Assembly (NCBI GenBank): GCA_001643675.2
Contig: LSRY02000044.1
Span: 372,001-436,000 of the forward strand
Source of the DNA: Monocercomonoides exilis PA203
Lineage: Eukaryota; Protista; Preaxostyla
DNA length: 64,000 bases
Reading direction: 5' to 3'
Shown: positions 61,297 through 64,000 of the stretch, piece by piece
Numbering within the stretch: position 1 is the stretch's first letter
Layout: each line of letters begins with the position of its first letter
The notes under the pieces: model-generated
Seen by the model: the letters and a program-made list of their open reading frames with translations, nothing else
The model's database searches: none
Told to the model about the DNA's origin: nothing
Made by a program: the position numbers and the translations under genes

Positions 61297-64000
61297 ATGA
61301 GCTACGAAGATGATTTTGACGATTATGACGATTTTGGAACGTCAAAACCAGATTTTTCTTTAGATGATAAAAAGGTTTGGATTTTTTTCTGTTCTGTATT
61401 TAATTATAAAGATATTATTTTCTTGTTGATTAAATGCCATGTTATAGAAGGATAATACTTCTTCGAATCCGTTTGATTTCATGAATGATGATGATAACGA
61501 CGATGATGCTGATGATGAAACGTTTAAAACCGATGAATCAAAAGAAAAATTTGGAACAAAAACAAATTCTGATAAAAAATCCACTTCATTTGACAAAGAA
61601 GAATTTAATTCGAGCTTTAACGATCAAAGTGAAGATAAATCAAAACCGTTTGACAATTCTGAAGAACAAGAAAACCCATTTGACGTTGAACCTGCAGAAA
61701 ACGACGATAACGAAAAAAATGAACCAGAGCCTGATTATGAATGGGGAGATGAAGAACCAGAGCTTGATGCAAAGAGCAAAGATGACACATCTGCACAGGA
61801 GAAAGAAGCTGAAATTGAAGATACATCAAACACAAACGAGCAAACAGATCCAAAACCTGTTCAACAAAATAAAGTAACTCCAAAAGCAACACCAAAATCA
61901 AATTCAAATGTCAAAGCAAAGGCAAAAGCAAAAGCTGTGCCTAATGCTTCGAAAGCGTTTCAGATTAAAAAGACTTCTTCAAGTTCTTCTCGTCCACCAG
62001 TGACTCGACGAACTGGAAAAATTTCGTCTCTGTCGTCTACAGTTGGAACAGAGTTGCCAGACGATCCTGCTGAATTAAAGAAAATAATTGCGGGGCTACG
62101 AAGAGAAGCAGCATTTTCAAAGAAGCAAATGGAAAAAGTTGGGTTTGAGTTTGAAAGAGTAGTGGAGTTGGAAAATGTTGTTGCAGACAAAGAAAGAGAA
62201 CTGGAGAACTTACGCACTGAGATGAAGGATGTGCAGTCGGAACTGAAAAGCGCCCAACGAATCATACAGCGCAAAGAAGACGAAGAGGAGAAGCAGCCGT
62301 CTACGATCAGCCGACTGACGGGAGATGTGCGAGTGCTGAAGGACCAACTGCGAAAGGAGAAAGAAGGCAAGCGCGAAGTGGAGCAGCAGCTGAAGAACAG
62401 CGACATGCGGAACGTGAAGTTGATGAAGGAGAAGGAGAAGATGAGCGACCAAATCAGCCGCCTATGCATGAAGATGAAGGAGGTTGACCCCAGCCGTGCC
62501 GGAGAGATCATTGATGAGATTATGGAGGATGAGTATGTCCCTCCACCAGCATCTTCCTCATCGTCTGGAGGTGGATATAACATTGCTTCTTCTTCCCCAG
62601 CAAAACCTCGATTTGCTACACAAAGCGAAGCCAAAGCTACGCAAATCGAAGAGCTTCAGGTACGTCTTCAGCAAGTGATGAAGACAAAAGATAACACAAT
62701 TAAAGGGCAGCAAAAGCAGATTCATTCATTGCAACTGATGGTACACGAGCTGAAGAAAGAGCTGCAGCAGAAGGAGGCTTCTGTGAATGCGAAGGAAAGA
62801 GAGATTAAACTGCTTTCCATTCAACTGTCTGGCCGAGGCGGTGTTGGTGCTGCCGGAGCAAACCGCAGAGACACATTCGGAATGGGCCTGTTCAGCGGAG
62901 GTAGTGGAGGAGGAGTTTCTCCGAAGATCACCACAGCCAGTGGCGGGTTTGTGAAAGGCAAGCAGCCGCCACAGCTGTCGCCTCAAATGAGAGCGCTTTA
63001 TTCACCAGGAGGACAAGGAGAAGGGATTTATGCATCAGAGAACTCGAAGTCACTGCTCATTACACCACCATCGACAGATATCAGAACAAATCTGCAGAGA
63101 CTGGCTCCAATGAAGGACAAAGACAGAGGAAAGAGCGAAGATGAGGGCAAGCGTGCATCGTCCGCAGATGCTGCGAAAAGCAGCAAAGCAAATGATTCAG
63201 AAAAGCAGAAAGGGAAAGAGAGGAGGAAAGGCGAGAAATCAATTCCTCCACTATCACCTCCGTCTGTTGTGAAGAGAGACGCGAGTCAGAGTACATTGGA
63301 GATTGAAGGCAAGAAGAAAGGGAAAGGGAGAAGCAAAGAATACAAGGATGAAGAAGGAACAGAAGGAGATGAGGAGGACGAAGAAGAGAATGAAGATCCA
63401 TCAAGAAAAAAGGGAAGCGAAGGGAAGAAGAAGCCAAGACTCTCTGGAAAGCAAGAAAGCAAGGCCAACTTAAGGAAAAAGAGGAGGAACGAAGAGGAGG
63501 AAAGCGAGGAAGGAGCCGAAGATGAAGAAGATGAGAATGACGAAAAACTAGCCAGAAAGTCGAAAAAGAAAGGAAAGAAGGCAAAGAGCAAGAGCGAAGC
63601 GAGCGGAGCTGGCAGAAAGAAGAAGAGAAGTGCTGATGAAGACGAGAAGGAAGAAGAAGAAGGAGACAACGACGATAATTCAGAGGAGGAGGAAGAGCAC
63701 AAAACAAAGAAAGGAGGAAGAGAAGCAGCTAAAAGGCCGAGAAAGAGGAGTGAAAAGGCAGGTAATGATGCAGATAAGGAAAAGAACGTCAAACAAGTTT
63801 CAGAAACTATTTTAGCTCTTTTGGAAGAGAAAGAAGAGAAGGATAAGCACTTCCACGAAGAAATAGAAAAACACAGAGCAGAAAAGCTGAAAAAACTGGA
63901 AGAAGTGAAAAAGAGAGGAGCAAAAGGAGAATCAAACGCGAAGAAAGAGAAAGAAGATGCCTCTGAAGGAGAAGAGAATGACGATGAATACCACGACGAT
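61297..64000 (+). CDS. Uncharacterised acidic/coiled-coil protein, 3' partial; intron 61375-61447
   Basis: MSYEDDFDDYDDF... followed by an E/K-rich frame that stays open where checked and appears to run to the window end (coiled-coil-like 62070-62820). Confidence 0.7.

Noticed and set aside
1-64000. CRISPR array, telomeric repeat array or prokaryotic operon
   Set aside because: No regularly spaced repeat-spacer array or TTAGGG-type array was seen, and the genes carry spliceosomal introns.

Overview
Eukaryotic protist DNA with short GT-AG introns, the standard genetic code and AT-rich intergenic DNA. The gene families and the poly-Ser/Glu tracts resemble an oxymonad such as Monocercomonoides (inference). 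The dominant structure is a giant inverted duplication: positions 1-21730 are mirrored by 21797-43618 around a 66-bp non-palindromic spacer. Reading outward from the axis, each arm carries an AT-rich core, a ~324-bp TIR-bounded element rich in TGACG motifs, a 5S rRNA gene, an LCAT-like phospholipase gene, a poly(A)-tailed insert with an 11-bp TSD, a very G-rich HIRA gene, and a ~2300-aa beta-helix/TM/pseudokinase surface receptor gene. The arms differ mostly by homopolymer indels, which are probably sequencing errors. The exception is five short, indel-free, substitution-dense patches confined to the receptor ectodomain, which suggest segmental gene conversion or paralog-polishing artefacts. 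Beyond the palindrome lie PLC-delta-like phospholipase C, a decayed multi-exon gene, an atypical Rho GTPase, a Merlin (IS1595/IS1016-like) transposase relic, a divergent PABP, an LRR protein and the 5' part of a coiled-coil gene. All exon boundaries were inferred by eye.
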